NCBI GenBank assembly: GCA_904420025.1
Contig: CAJFTW010000054.1
Coordinates: 761 to 64,760, forward strand
Direction of reading: 5' to 3'
Length of the DNA: 64,000 nt
DNA from: Candidatus Pseudolachnospira avium
GTDB taxonomy: Bacteria; Bacillota; Clostridia; Lachnospirales; Lachnospiraceae
Part shown: piece after piece, positions 1 to 8,646 of the stretch
Layout of the letters: each line of letters opens with the position of its first letter
How positions within the stretch are numbered: the stretch's first letter is position 1
Position numbers and translations under genes: made by a program
The notes under the pieces: model-generated
Seen by the model: the letters and a program-made list of their open reading frames with translations, nothing else
Database searches by the model: none
Told to the model about the DNA's origin: nothing

Positions 1-1
1 T

Positions 2-235
2 TTTGCAGGCCTTCCCAGTGCGGAAGAGGCTGGAAAGATTGCTGCAGATATCCTGGAACAGGTGCGGATGCGAGGGGAGACGGGCCCGTTTCCAGGGTTC
101 TCCATCGGGATTGCCTGCATGGGCGAGGGCGAACGGGTGCGGGAGGCGTTCCGCCGGGCGGACCAGATGCTGTACCAGGTGAAACGGGGAGGCAAAAACG
201 CCTATCAGATTAATCCGGAGTATTTTGCGTGTTAA
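2..235 (+). CDS. GGDEF (diguanylate cyclase) domain protein, C-terminal fragment (starts before the window)
   Basis: Own translation of frame 2: ...FSIGIACM...FRRADQMLYQVKRGGKNAY...*, the typical GGDEF C-terminal SIGIA / ADxxLYxxKxxGKN pattern; TAA at 233-235. Confidence 0.75.
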   Translation, partial: FAGLPSAEEAGKIAADILEQVRMRGETGPFPGFSIGIACMGEGERVREAFRRADQMLYQVKRGGKNAYQINPEYFAC

Positions 236-253
236 AATAAACACGCGGGAACC

Positions 254-300
254 AAGGAGGCTTTGGGGGCAGCCGCACTGCTCCCGGAAGCCTCCTTTTT
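254..300 (+). terminator. Intrinsic terminator between convergent GGDEF and spoVAC genes
   Basis: AAGGAGGCTT...AAGCCTCCTT stem followed by a T run. Confidence 0.7.
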
Positions 301-311
301 GACAGATACTG

Positions 312-761
312 CTAGGCGCTCCAGCCCAGCGGCCCCAGTAAAAGGTAGATGATGCCCAGCCCCCAGCTGGCAAGGGTCCCATAGAGGATCACCGGGCCGG
401 CAATGGTAAAAATTTTACAGCCAATGCCGAACACCATTCCTTCCTTTTGGTACTCAATGGCCGGCGCTGCCACGGAATTGGCAAAGCCGGTAATGGGTAC
501 CAGTGCTCCGGCCCCGCCGAATTTGACAATCGAAGGGAAGAGGTTCAAGCCGGTGAGCAGCACACTGGCCAGGATCAGGCAGATCAGCGTCCAGGCGCTG
601 GCATCCTCCTGGGACAGGCTCCGGGAGAGGAGCCAGTTGGTAAGCCCCTGGCCAATGGTGCATATAATGCCGCCCACCAGAAATGCCCGCAGTACATTCA
701 GCGGGGAGTTGTGGGTGGGGGTTACCTGTTTAATGTAAACATTGTATTCCTGCTCGTTCAT
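312..761 (-). CDS. spoVAC: Stage V sporulation protein AC (SpoVAC/SpoVAEB family)
   Basis: AFLVGGIICTIGQ, GAGALVPITGFANSVAAPAIE and GIGCKIFTIAGPVILYG motifs; start MNEQ at 761 with AGGAGG SD (the ORF-track extension to 1019 is spurious). Confidence 0.9.
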   Translation of the reverse strand: MNEQEYNVYIKQVTPTHNSPLNVLRAFLVGGIICTIGQGLTNWLLSRSLSQEDASAWTLICLILASVLLTGLNLFPSIVKFGGAGALVPITGFANSVAAPAIEYQKEGMVFGIGCKIFTIAGPVILYGTLASWGLGIIYLLLGPLGWSA

Positions 762-829
762 AAAGGGCCTCCTGTGTTGGGCGCCGTGCCTGCCACGGCC
801 CGCCATAGATTCCATGGGGATTCTGCCCA

Positions 830-859
830 TAGTATACCCAGCTGTGCCGCTTTTTACAC
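830..859 (-). promoter_or_regulatory. Putative forespore sigmaF/sigmaG-type promoter of spoVAC
   Basis: Minus strand reads GTGTA-N15-GGGTATACTA, close to GYATA-N15-GGnnAnAHTR. Confidence 0.5.
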
Positions 860-915
860 CTGCGCAGGCAATGGGGAGGTGAGGAAAAATTGTCAGCTGC
901 TTTCCGGAAAGGCAG

Positions 916-944
916 TTGACAAGCCAATAGAGAAGGTCTATCAT
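916..944 (+). promoter_or_regulatory. sigmaA promoter of the peptidase pair
   Basis: TTGACA-N17-TATCAT. Confidence 0.65.
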
Positions 945-1001
945 AATAGATATTATAGCACTCAGTCTGAACAACAGTCTAAGGCAGGAGGGACAGTAAA
1001 G

Positions 1002-2240
1002 ATGGATAGCGCTTTTCATCAGACAAACCGGGACAAACTGTATGCGTCACTGGAGGACGGCACGCTGGCGTTGATTTTTTCCGGCGTGGAGGTTCGAAAA
1101 ACCCAGGATGAAAATTATCCTTTTTATGCGGACCGGAATTTTGTCTATCTCACCGGCATTGAGAGGGAACGGTTCATTTTGATGGCCGAGAAGGATGGCG
1201 GCCAGGTGAAGGAGACCATGTTCATCCTTCCGCCGGATGCCCACGCGGAGCGTTGGACCGGGCGGCGGATGAAGGCCGAGGAGGTATTCCAGCGGTCTGG
1301 CATTGAGACCTGCCGCTATGTGGATGAGTTCCCGGCGGTGCTGCACACCAAGATGAAAACCGGCCATTTCCACACCGTAGCCATGGATTTCTATAAGTGT
1401 GAGCAGACAGACCGGGATACGGAGCCTTTCCGCATGGCACGGACCATCCGGCGGGATTACCCGGCGGTGAAGCTGGTGGATATTTCCCGGCGTATGAAAC
1501 AGATGCGGGCCCTTAAGACTCCAGGGGAGATTGCGGCCATGCGGGAGGCGGCCAAGATCACCGGCGCCGGCATCACTGCCATGATGCGCGCGTCCCGCCC
1601 CGGCCTCTACGAATACCAGCTGAAGGCGGAGTTTGACTACGCCCTGGCCCAGCACGGCTGCCTGGCGCCGGCGTTCCCCAGCATTGTCTCCGCCGGACAG
1701 AACAATTTCTGTATTCATTACTACGACTATATGGGCAAGGTGCAGGACGGGGATATGGTCCTGGCAGACGTGGGGGCCAAGTATGACAACCTGTTCAACG
1801 ATGTCTCCCGGGGCTGGCCTGCCAACGGGAAGTTCAGCGAGCGGCAGCGCCAGCTGTACGGCTGCGCCTACCGCACCTCCCAGCATATGTTCTCCATCAT
1901 CAAGCCGGGGATGCCTATGGCAGATGTGGACCGGCTGGCCCGGGAATACAATTATGGGCAGCTGAAGGAATTGGGGCTCTGCCATTCTTATGAGGAAGTG
2001 GGAAAGTACATCTGGCACGGCGGCGCCCACCATGTAGGGTATGACGTCCATGACCTGGTGGAGGCCGAGACGGTACAGCCGGGAATGGTGTTCTGTGTGG
2101 ATATCGGCATTTATTGTGAGGAATGGGGTATTGGCTTCCGGCTGGAGGATAACTGCCTGGTGACGGAGGACGGCTGCGAAAACCTGACGGTGGCCATCCC
2201 CCGGACGATAGAGGATATTGAAGCAACCATAAGGGGGTAA
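1002..2240 (+). CDS. Xaa-Pro aminopeptidase (aminopeptidase P, M24B family)
   Basis: N-terminal AMP_N-like YPFYADRNFVYLTGI; M24 ligands D..D (LADVGAKYDNLFND), HHVGYDVHD, RLED; SD GGAGG before ATG 1002. Confidence 0.85.
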   Translation: MDSAFHQTNRDKLYASLEDGTLALIFSGVEVRKTQDENYPFYADRNFVYLTGIERERFILMAEKDGGQVKETMFILPPDAHAERWTGRRMKAEEVFQRSGIETCRYVDEFPAVLHTKMKTGHFHTVAMDFYKCEQTDRDTEPFRMARTIRRDYPAVKLVDISRRMKQMRALKTPGEIAAMREAAKITGAGITAMMRASRPGLYEYQLKAEFDYALAQHGCLAPAFPSIVSAGQNNFCIHYYDYMGKVQDGDMVLADVGAKYDNLFNDVSRGWPANGKFSERQRQLYGCAYRTSQHMFSIIKPGMPMADVDRLAREYNYGQLKELGLCHSYEEVGKYIWHGGAHHVGYDVHDLVEAETVQPGMVFCVDIGIYCEEWGIGFRLEDNCLVTEDGCENLTVAIPRTIEDIEATIRG

Positions 2241-2245
2241 GAGAG

Positions 2246-3304
2246 ATGGAACAGCTGTACAGTGAGATGCGGAAAAATGGCTGGCAGAGCTTTTTGGTCA
2301 GCCTCCCGGCCAATGTCCGGTATGTCAGCGGCTATACCGGAGCGGACTCCTACCTGCTGCTGACAGAGGGGAAGAAATTCTTTATCACGGATCCCCGCTA
2401 TACGGAGCAGGCGGCGCAGGAGTGCCCGGACTACACAATCTTTGAGTGGCGTCCCCACGGAACCTTGGGAAAAGCCCTGGCAGTGCTGGCGGAGCAGGAG
2501 CATCTGGCCAACATGGCCTTTGAGGCTACCCATATTACGGCGGCCCAGTACCGGAGCTTCCAGGCAGAGATCAAAGCGGAGCTGGTGGCCACCGAGGGGG
2601 TCATTGAGGCGTTCCGCTCGGTGAAATCCCCGGAAGAAATCTACTGCCTGCGGGTGGCATGCGATATTGCCAGCCGTGCCTTCGAGCGGATTGTGAAGGA
2701 TATCCGGGTGGGGGTTACGGAGAAAGAACTGGCGGCCCGCTTGAGTATGTATATGGTAATGGAAGGAGCGGACACCCAGCCCTACGGAAACATCCTGATT
2801 TCCGGGGCCAGGACATCCCTGCTCCACGGGATCCCCTCGTCCAAGGCCATTGAGTATGGGGATTTTGTGCTGATGGATTATGGCTGCCAGTACCACGGCT
2901 ATCTTTCGGATATGACCCGCACGGTGGTGGTGGGCAAAGCTACACCCAAGCAGCGGGAGGTGTACCAGCTGGAGCAGCAGATGGTCCAGGCCATGGAAGA
3001 CTATCTGAAGGACGGTGCTTCCGCCTCGGAAGCCTATGCCAGAGGCGCCAAAGTGATTGAGGGAACGGAGTATTATCCTTATCATTATACCGGCGTTGGC
3101 CACGGGGTAGGTGTGTTTGTCCATGAGGTTCCGTTTATGGGCCCGAATTCCCAAGAGGTGATTCGGGAGAACAATGTGATTACAGTGGAACCCGGCATCT
3201 ACATCCCCGGATGGGGCGGCTGCCGGATTGAGGACCAGGTGCTGATCACCAAGGACGGGATTGAAAATCTGATTTCCGCAACGAAGGAATTGATTGAGCT
3301 TTAA
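2246..3304 (+). CDS. Xaa-Pro dipeptidase / aminopeptidase P family (M24B)
   Basis: TDPRY, MDYGCQYHGYLSDMTRT, GHGVGVFVHE, TVEPGIY, RIEDQV motifs. Confidence 0.9.
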   Translation: MEQLYSEMRKNGWQSFLVSLPANVRYVSGYTGADSYLLLTEGKKFFITDPRYTEQAAQECPDYTIFEWRPHGTLGKALAVLAEQEHLANMAFEATHITAAQYRSFQAEIKAELVATEGVIEAFRSVKSPEEIYCLRVACDIASRAFERIVKDIRVGVTEKELAARLSMYMVMEGADTQPYGNILISGARTSLLHGIPSSKAIEYGDFVLMDYGCQYHGYLSDMTRTVVVGKATPKQREVYQLEQQMVQAMEDYLKDGASASEAYARGAKVIEGTEYYPYHYTGVGHGVGVFVHEVPFMGPNSQEVIRENNVITVEPGIYIPGWGGCRIEDQVLITKDGIENLISATKELIEL

Positions 3305-3696
3305 CGTACATGAACCTTCATGTACAGAAGAAAAGTTCTTTAAAGGAACTTTCGAAAAGTTTCGGGTAAAAGCAGAAGGCAAGGGAGCCAGTGCGTGCAG
3401 CAGCGCTCCCTTGCTTTTTTAAGTTTTAAGGCAAAAAGACTTTATTTATTTAAAAAGCACATAAGAGTGCGACAAAAATGAAAGACGTAGCCGGAATTTC
3501 AGGAAGGGGGAGAATTGCGGTATAAACGGGAAAAACTATTGCTAAAACAAGAAATGAGCAACAAGATAGGAGAAAATGAGCATATTTATTCGAATTGTTT
3601 CTAAATTGCACGAGTGAAAAATATATATCTGATTGCTCTTATTTAGAAATAAAAAAACTGAAAACGATATATTCAAAAAAAGTAAACTGATAATTG

Positions 3697-3728
3697 TTGA
3701 CAAGGGACAAAAAATAGACTATAGTCTA
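3697..3728 (+). promoter_or_regulatory. sigmaA promoter of the opp operon with an overlapping palindromic operator
   Basis: TTGACA-N17-TATAGT; perfect palindrome TAGACTATAGTCTA (3715-3728) covers the -10 box. Confidence 0.6.
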
Positions 3729-3922
3729 CACTATAAACCTTATAGGGGTTCATAAGTTGTCACTGGAATGGATAAGGACGCCACCTGGCAGGCGTATCTT
3801 ATAGAAGAAACCCGTAGATGATGGTATTGGATCCAGCACCGGCAAAGCAGGTGCAGCCGTGGAAGGAAGAGGGACCGGAAACGGCGGATGGAATGCCATC
3901 CCCCCAGTTAAGGAGGAAGAGT

Positions 3923-5629
3923 ATGAAAATGAAAAAATTGCTGGCGTTGGGCTTGGCAGGCGTTATGGCGTTGAGCCTGGCGGCATGCGGCGTCCCCGGC
4001 GAGGAGGACGAGACCCAAGCAGCCGGCACCGAGGCAGCTGGTTCCGAGGCTGCTGGCGGCGAGACCACCGGCGGTGAGACTGCCGATGGCGAGAAGGTTT
4101 TCCGTTATTCGGTAAAGACGGAGCCTACCACCCTGGATTCCGCCAAGATGAATTCCATTGGCGACAGTGAGCTGCAGCAGATCATGGGCGAGGGCCTGCT
4201 GACCAACAATGCCGGTGAGATCAGCCCTGGCCTGGCAGAGACCTGGGAAATCTCCGAGGACGGCCTGACCTACACCTTCCACCTGCGCGACGCGCAATGG
4301 CCCGATGGCCAGCCGGTTACCGCCAACGACTTTGTCTATGCGGCTCGGCGTCTGGCGGATCCGGAGACGGCTTCCCCCGGCGCCTGGATTGTGTCCGGTG
4401 TGCTGAAGAACGGCGCGGAGGTAATTGCCGGAACCGTGCCGGTGGAAGAGCTGGGCATTTCCGCTCCGGATGAGAAGACGGTAGTCTTTGAGCTGGATCA
4501 TCCCCAGGGCTATTTCCTGAGCTATGTGGGCCTGAGCGGCGCTTTCTTCCCGCAGCGGCAGGATATTGTGGAGCAGTACGGACAGGAATACGCCGGCAGC
4601 GCGGAGAAGCTGATGACCTGCGGCGCCTTCACCCTGACCTCCAGCGCGGACCGCGCCTATATCTTTGAGAAGAACCCCACCTACTGGGATGCGGAAAACA
4701 TCAAGCTGGACCGCATTGAGGTGTACGTGGTAGAGAACGGCGACACCGCCCTTTCCATGTACGAGAACGGCGAACTGGACTATGTGCAGATCCCCAACGC
4801 TTCCGTTCCCAACTATACGGATGCTTCCAACCACGGCTCTTATGTAAACGGCAACCTGGACTGGGTCTACATCAACAATGAGGCGGAATATGTGAGCAAC
4901 CAGAACTTCCGTCTGGCCCTGGCCTATGCCATCAACCGTGAGAATTACAACATTCTGGTAAACAACGGCGTATACCAGGCCTGGGGCAACATTGTACTGC
5001 CTATGTGCGACGGCCCGGAGGCGGGAACCACCTACGGTGACACCGTGCAGCCGGAAGGCTACCCGATCCAGGGGGACGAGGCCAAGGCTAAGGAATACCT
5101 GAACGCGGCCCTGACGGAGCTGGGCATCTCCGATCCCAGCGAGATCACCATCCACTTCAACGCGTGGGATGACGAGACCACCAAGCGTGTGGCGGAGGTT
5201 TGCCAGGAGATGTGGCAGAATGTCCTGGGCATCAACGTGCAGATCGACATGGTTACCTACGGCCAGGTTTACACCACCATCTACCCCAACAAGGACTACC
5301 AGGTTGGCTACGGCGGATGGGGTCCGGACTACGCGGATCCTTACACCTACCTGTACCTGTTCCACTCGGAGAATGTGAACAACTACTCCAATTACAAGAA
5401 TGCGGACTACGACGCTCTCATCGACGCGTCCAACGCGGAGACGGATCCGGCGGCCCGTATGGATCTCCTGGCCCAGGCTGAGGCTATGCTGATTGAGCAG
5501 GGTGTCAACATCCCGCTGCAGATGCGCGATGTCCACTACCTGCTGGACGAGGATGTGACCGGCGTACAGTTCTACTATGTAGGCTACAATATGTGCCCGG
5601 TTTACGCGGACTGCGCTCCGACTGCTTAA
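3923..5629 (+). CDS. oppA: Oligopeptide ABC transporter substrate-binding lipoprotein
   Basis: Signal peptide with lipobox LAAC; SBP family 5 motifs PGLAETWEISEDGLTYTFHLRDAQWPDG and GWGPDYADP; SD AAGGAGG before ATG 3923. Confidence 0.92.
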   Translation: MKMKKLLALGLAGVMALSLAACGVPGEEDETQAAGTEAAGSEAAGGETTGGETADGEKVFRYSVKTEPTTLDSAKMNSIGDSELQQIMGEGLLTNNAGEISPGLAETWEISEDGLTYTFHLRDAQWPDGQPVTANDFVYAARRLADPETASPGAWIVSGVLKNGAEVIAGTVPVEELGISAPDEKTVVFELDHPQGYFLSYVGLSGAFFPQRQDIVEQYGQEYAGSAEKLMTCGAFTLTSSADRAYIFEKNPTYWDAENIKLDRIEVYVVENGDTALSMYENGELDYVQIPNASVPNYTDASNHGSYVNGNLDWVYINNEAEYVSNQNFRLALAYAINRENYNILVNNGVYQAWGNIVLPMCDGPEAGTTYGDTVQPEGYPIQGDEAKAKEYLNAALTELGISDPSEITIHFNAWDDETTKRVAEVCQEMWQNVLGINVQIDMVTYGQVYTTIYPNKDYQVGYGGWGPDYADPYTYLYLFHSENVNNYSNYKNADYDALIDASNAETDPAARMDLLAQAEAMLIEQGVNIPLQMRDVHYLLDEDVTGVQFYYVGYNMCPVYADCAPTA

Positions 5630-5641
5630 TTGAACGCTTCC

Positions 5642-5708
5642 GGAGGGAGAGCAATCTCCCTCCCTTTTACAGGGGGAGGCCAAAAGTTTTCTCTTTGGCC
5701 TCCTTTCC
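5642..5708 (+). terminator. Two consecutive hairpins between oppA and oppB (partial terminator or mRNA stabiliser)
   Basis: GGAGGGAGA-GCAA-TCTCCCTCC plus T run, then GGAGGCCAAA...TTTGGCCTCC plus T run. Confidence 0.55.
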
Positions 5709-5745
5709 TTTACCTGTTTTACCCAGTGAAAAGGGGGAGAACCAT

Positions 5746-6666
5746 ATGGCAAAATATATTCTGAAGCGCGCTCTGGCAGCCATTGTCACATTGTTTGTTT
5801 TGATCACGGTTGTCTTTTTCCTGGTGCGCCTGATCCCGGGTGATCCGTTTAACGATCCCAAGCTGACGGATACGGTCCGGGAGAATCTGTACGAGTATTA
5901 CGGCTTTGACAAGCCGCTGGTGGTGCAGTACGGTATGTATATGAACAACCTGCTGCATGGGGACTTAGGCCCTTCCACTAGATACATGAACCGGACGGTG
6001 AACGACATGATCTTTGAGTCCTTCCCGTACTCGGCGGATCTGGGAATCCGCGCTCTGGTATTTGCGGTGTCCTTCGGTCTTGTTTTGGGAATCCTGGCAG
6101 CTTTAAACCGAGGGAAGAAGCTGGATGTTGTCTGTGTGCTTGTGGCAATCGTCGGCACCAGTATTCCAGACTTTATCATGGGTGCCATCCTGCAATATTT
6201 CTTTGGAGTAAAATGGGGCCTTCTGCCCGTTGCCCAATATAAGGGGATTGAATACACCATCTTGCCGGCTGCGGCCCTGGGCTTCTATACCTTGGCCTCC
6301 GTGTCCAAGCTGATGCGCTCCAGCATGCTGGAGGTGGTGTCCCAGGATTACATTAAGACGGCCAAGGCAAAAGGCCTTTCCCAGGGGCGGATTACCTTCC
6401 GCCATCAGATCCGCAACGCCATCATGCCGGTGATCACGGTTTTGGGACCGACGGTGGCTTCCGTGCTGACCGGTACCTTCGTGGTGGAGTCCATCTTCGC
6501 CATCCCTGGAATGGGCAAGTATTACGTGGATTCCGTCAACAACAACGACTATTCCATGATTTTGGGCATGACCATTTTCTACGGCGCGTTCCTGATTCTC
6601 TGTAACCTGATTGTGGATGTTGCCTACGGCCTGGTGGATCCCAGAGTCCGGATCGGCAAGAAATAG
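5746..6666 (+). CDS. oppB: Oligopeptide ABC transporter permease
   Basis: MAKYILKR, PGDPF, GDLGPS, DYIKTAKAKGLS (EAA loop), DPRVR. Confidence 0.93.
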   Translation: MAKYILKRALAAIVTLFVLITVVFFLVRLIPGDPFNDPKLTDTVRENLYEYYGFDKPLVVQYGMYMNNLLHGDLGPSTRYMNRTVNDMIFESFPYSADLGIRALVFAVSFGLVLGILAALNRGKKLDVVCVLVAIVGTSIPDFIMGAILQYFFGVKWGLLPVAQYKGIEYTILPAAALGFYTLASVSKLMRSSMLEVVSQDYIKTAKAKGLSQGRITFRHQIRNAIMPVITVLGPTVASVLTGTFVVESIFAIPGMGKYYVDSVNNNDYSMILGMTIFYGAFLILCNLIVDVAYGLVDPRVRIGKK

Positions 6667-6677
6667 GGGGTACCTGT

Positions 6678-7601
6678 ATGGAAAATCTGACAAAAGACCT
6701 GTTTACCGTTGTCGGTAAAAATGTCGAAAAAATGGACAGTATCTCCCGGCCCAACCTGTCGTTCTGGAAGGATGCCTGGCGCCGGCTGAAGAAGAACCGG
6801 GCGGCCTTTGTGGGGCTCTGTATCTTAATTGTGTTTGCTCTGCTGGCCATCTTTGCGCCCATGTTCAGCCAGTATACATATACCTCCATGGATACCTCCG
6901 CGGTCAACGCGGCGCCTTCCGCAGACCATTGGCTGGGGGCGGATTCCGCCGGCCGTGACCTGTGGGTCCGTATCTGGATGGGGGCCCGGGTCTCCCTTTC
7001 CATCGGCGTGATCGCTGCCATTATCAACGCCTGCGTGGGCGCGGTGATGGGCGGCCTGTGCGGCTACTATGGCGGCAAGCTGGATATGATCATGATGCGG
7101 ATTGTAGAGATCCTTTATGGTATCCCTAACCTGATCGTGGTTATCCTGGTCATGCTGGTGCTGGGGCGCGGAATGACTACCATGATTGTGGCCCTTTGTA
7201 TCACCGGGTGGATTGGCACCTGCCGGTTTGTCCGGGGCGAGGTGTACCGGCTGAAGGAGCAGGACTATGTACTGGCGGCCAAGGTGCTGGGGGTCAGCGA
7301 CTTTACCATTGTGGTGCGGCATATCATCCCCAATATTATGGGCATGATCGTTACCAACCTGTGTATGGCCATTCCAGGCGCCATCTTCCAGGAAGCGTTC
7401 CTCAGCTACATTGGCCTGGGAATCCAGCCGCCCATGTGTTCCTGGGGCATCCTGGCCAAGGAGGGCATTGCCAACCTGCGTGTGGCGCCTCACCAGGTTT
7501 TGATTCCGGCGTTCTTCATCTGCGTCACCATGCTGGCGCTGAACCTGTTGGGCGACGGTCTGCGGGACGCGGTGGATCCCAAGCTGCGCGGTACCGAGTA
7601 A
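6678..7601 (+). CDS. oppC: Oligopeptide ABC transporter permease
   Basis: WRRLKKNRAA, HWLGADSAGRDLW, YVLAAKVLG, LGDGLRDAVDPK. Confidence 0.93.
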   Translation: MENLTKDLFTVVGKNVEKMDSISRPNLSFWKDAWRRLKKNRAAFVGLCILIVFALLAIFAPMFSQYTYTSMDTSAVNAAPSADHWLGADSAGRDLWVRIWMGARVSLSIGVIAAIINACVGAVMGGLCGYYGGKLDMIMMRIVEILYGIPNLIVVILVMLVLGRGMTTMIVALCITGWIGTCRFVRGEVYRLKEQDYVLAAKVLGVSDFTIVVRHIIPNIMGMIVTNLCMAIPGAIFQEAFLSYIGLGIQPPMCSWGILAKEGIANLRVAPHQVLIPAFFICVTMLALNLLGDGLRDAVDPKLRGTE

Positions 7602-7611
7602 GGAGGCTTTT

Positions 7612-8646
7612 ATGGCAGAATACGAAAATTTATTGGAAATTAAAAATTTGTCTTTCTCCTTTAAGACCTACGGCGGTACGGTAAAAGCAGTCCGGGACGT
7701 AAGCTTTGACCTGCGGAAAGGGGAAATCCTAGGGATTGTAGGCGAGTCCGGCTGCGGCAAGAGCGTGACGGCCCAGTGCATTATGCGGCTGAACCCGGAG
7801 CCTCCCGGCTTCTTTGAGAGCGGGGAGATCCTCTATAAGGGGCGGAATGTGCTGCAGATGAGCAAGGCGGAGCTGAAGCAGCTGCGCAGCAAGGAGATCG
7901 GCTTTATTTTCCAGGATCCCATGACCTCCCTGAACCCTACCATGCGGGTGGGCAAGCAGATTGAGGAGGTGTTTACCGGCCACAAGGATATTTCCAAGGC
8001 GGAGATCCACGAAAGAGCGCTGAATATTATGAAGCTGGTGGGTATTTCGGACGCGGAGAAGCGTTTCCGCCAGTACCCTCACGAGCTGTCCGGCGGCATG
8101 AAGCAGCGGATTATGATTGCCATGGCCCTGGTCAGCGAGCCCAGCATGATCATCTGCGACGAGCCTACCACCTCCCTGGACGTGACCATCGAGGCCCAGA
8201 TCCTGGATCTGCTCCTGGAGCTGCGGGAAAAGCTGGGAACCTCCATTATTATGATTACCCACGACCTGGGCGTGATTGCCAAGCTTTGCGACCGGGTGGT
8301 GGTCATGTACGGCGGCAAGGTGATGGAGCACGGCACCGTGGACGAGATTTTCTACGATACCGCCCATCCGTATACCAACGCCCTGATGAACTCCATCGCC
8401 GGCCTGGATACGGACAAGAACACGGTCCTGAAGCCGATTCCCGGCACCCCGCCGGATCTGTTTGCCCCGCCCCATGGCTGCCCCTTCGCGGCCCGCTGCG
8501 ACTACGCCATGAAGGTGTGCCAAACCTATCCGCCGGAATTCACGGATCTTTCCCAGGAACACAGTACCGCCTGCTGGCTGCAGCATGAGTGGGCCCCTAA
8601 GGTGGATCTGCACATGCACAACAGGCAGAGAAAGGAGACCGTATGA
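7612..8646 (+). CDS. oppD: Oligopeptide ABC transporter ATP-binding protein
   Basis: Walker A GESGCGKS, LSGGMKQR, DEPTT, HPYT and C-terminal Cys motif. Confidence 0.93.
   Translation: MAEYENLLEIKNLSFSFKTYGGTVKAVRDVSFDLRKGEILGIVGESGCGKSVTAQCIMRLNPEPPGFFESGEILYKGRNVLQMSKAELKQLRSKEIGFIFQDPMTSLNPTMRVGKQIEEVFTGHKDISKAEIHERALNIMKLVGISDAEKRFRQYPHELSGGMKQRIMIAMALVSEPSMIICDEPTTSLDVTIEAQILDLLLELREKLGTSIIMITHDLGVIAKLCDRVVVMYGGKVMEHGTVDEIFYDTAHPYTNALMNSIAGLDTDKNTVLKPIPGTPPDLFAPPHGCPFAARCDYAMKVCQTYPPEFTDLSQEHSTACWLQHEWAPKVDLHMHNRQRKETV

Noticed and set aside
956-981. CIRCE element (TAGCACTC)
   Set aside because: Only one half-site; no GAGTGCTAA 9 nt downstream, and the genes are not chaperones.
447-1001. 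N-terminal extensions in the ORF track (447, 3818, 5593, 11387, 18750, 27128, 32785, 55835 on +; 1019, 53841, 56503 on -)
   Set aside because: They overlap promoters or other genes; downstream starts have clear SD or promoter context and family-typical N-termini.
3330-3364. Overlapping palindromes AAAGTTC...GAACTTT...AAAGTT after the second peptidase (possible LexA boxes)
   Set aside because: Orientation and spacing do not fit GAAC-N4-GTTC; single occurrence in AT-rich DNA.
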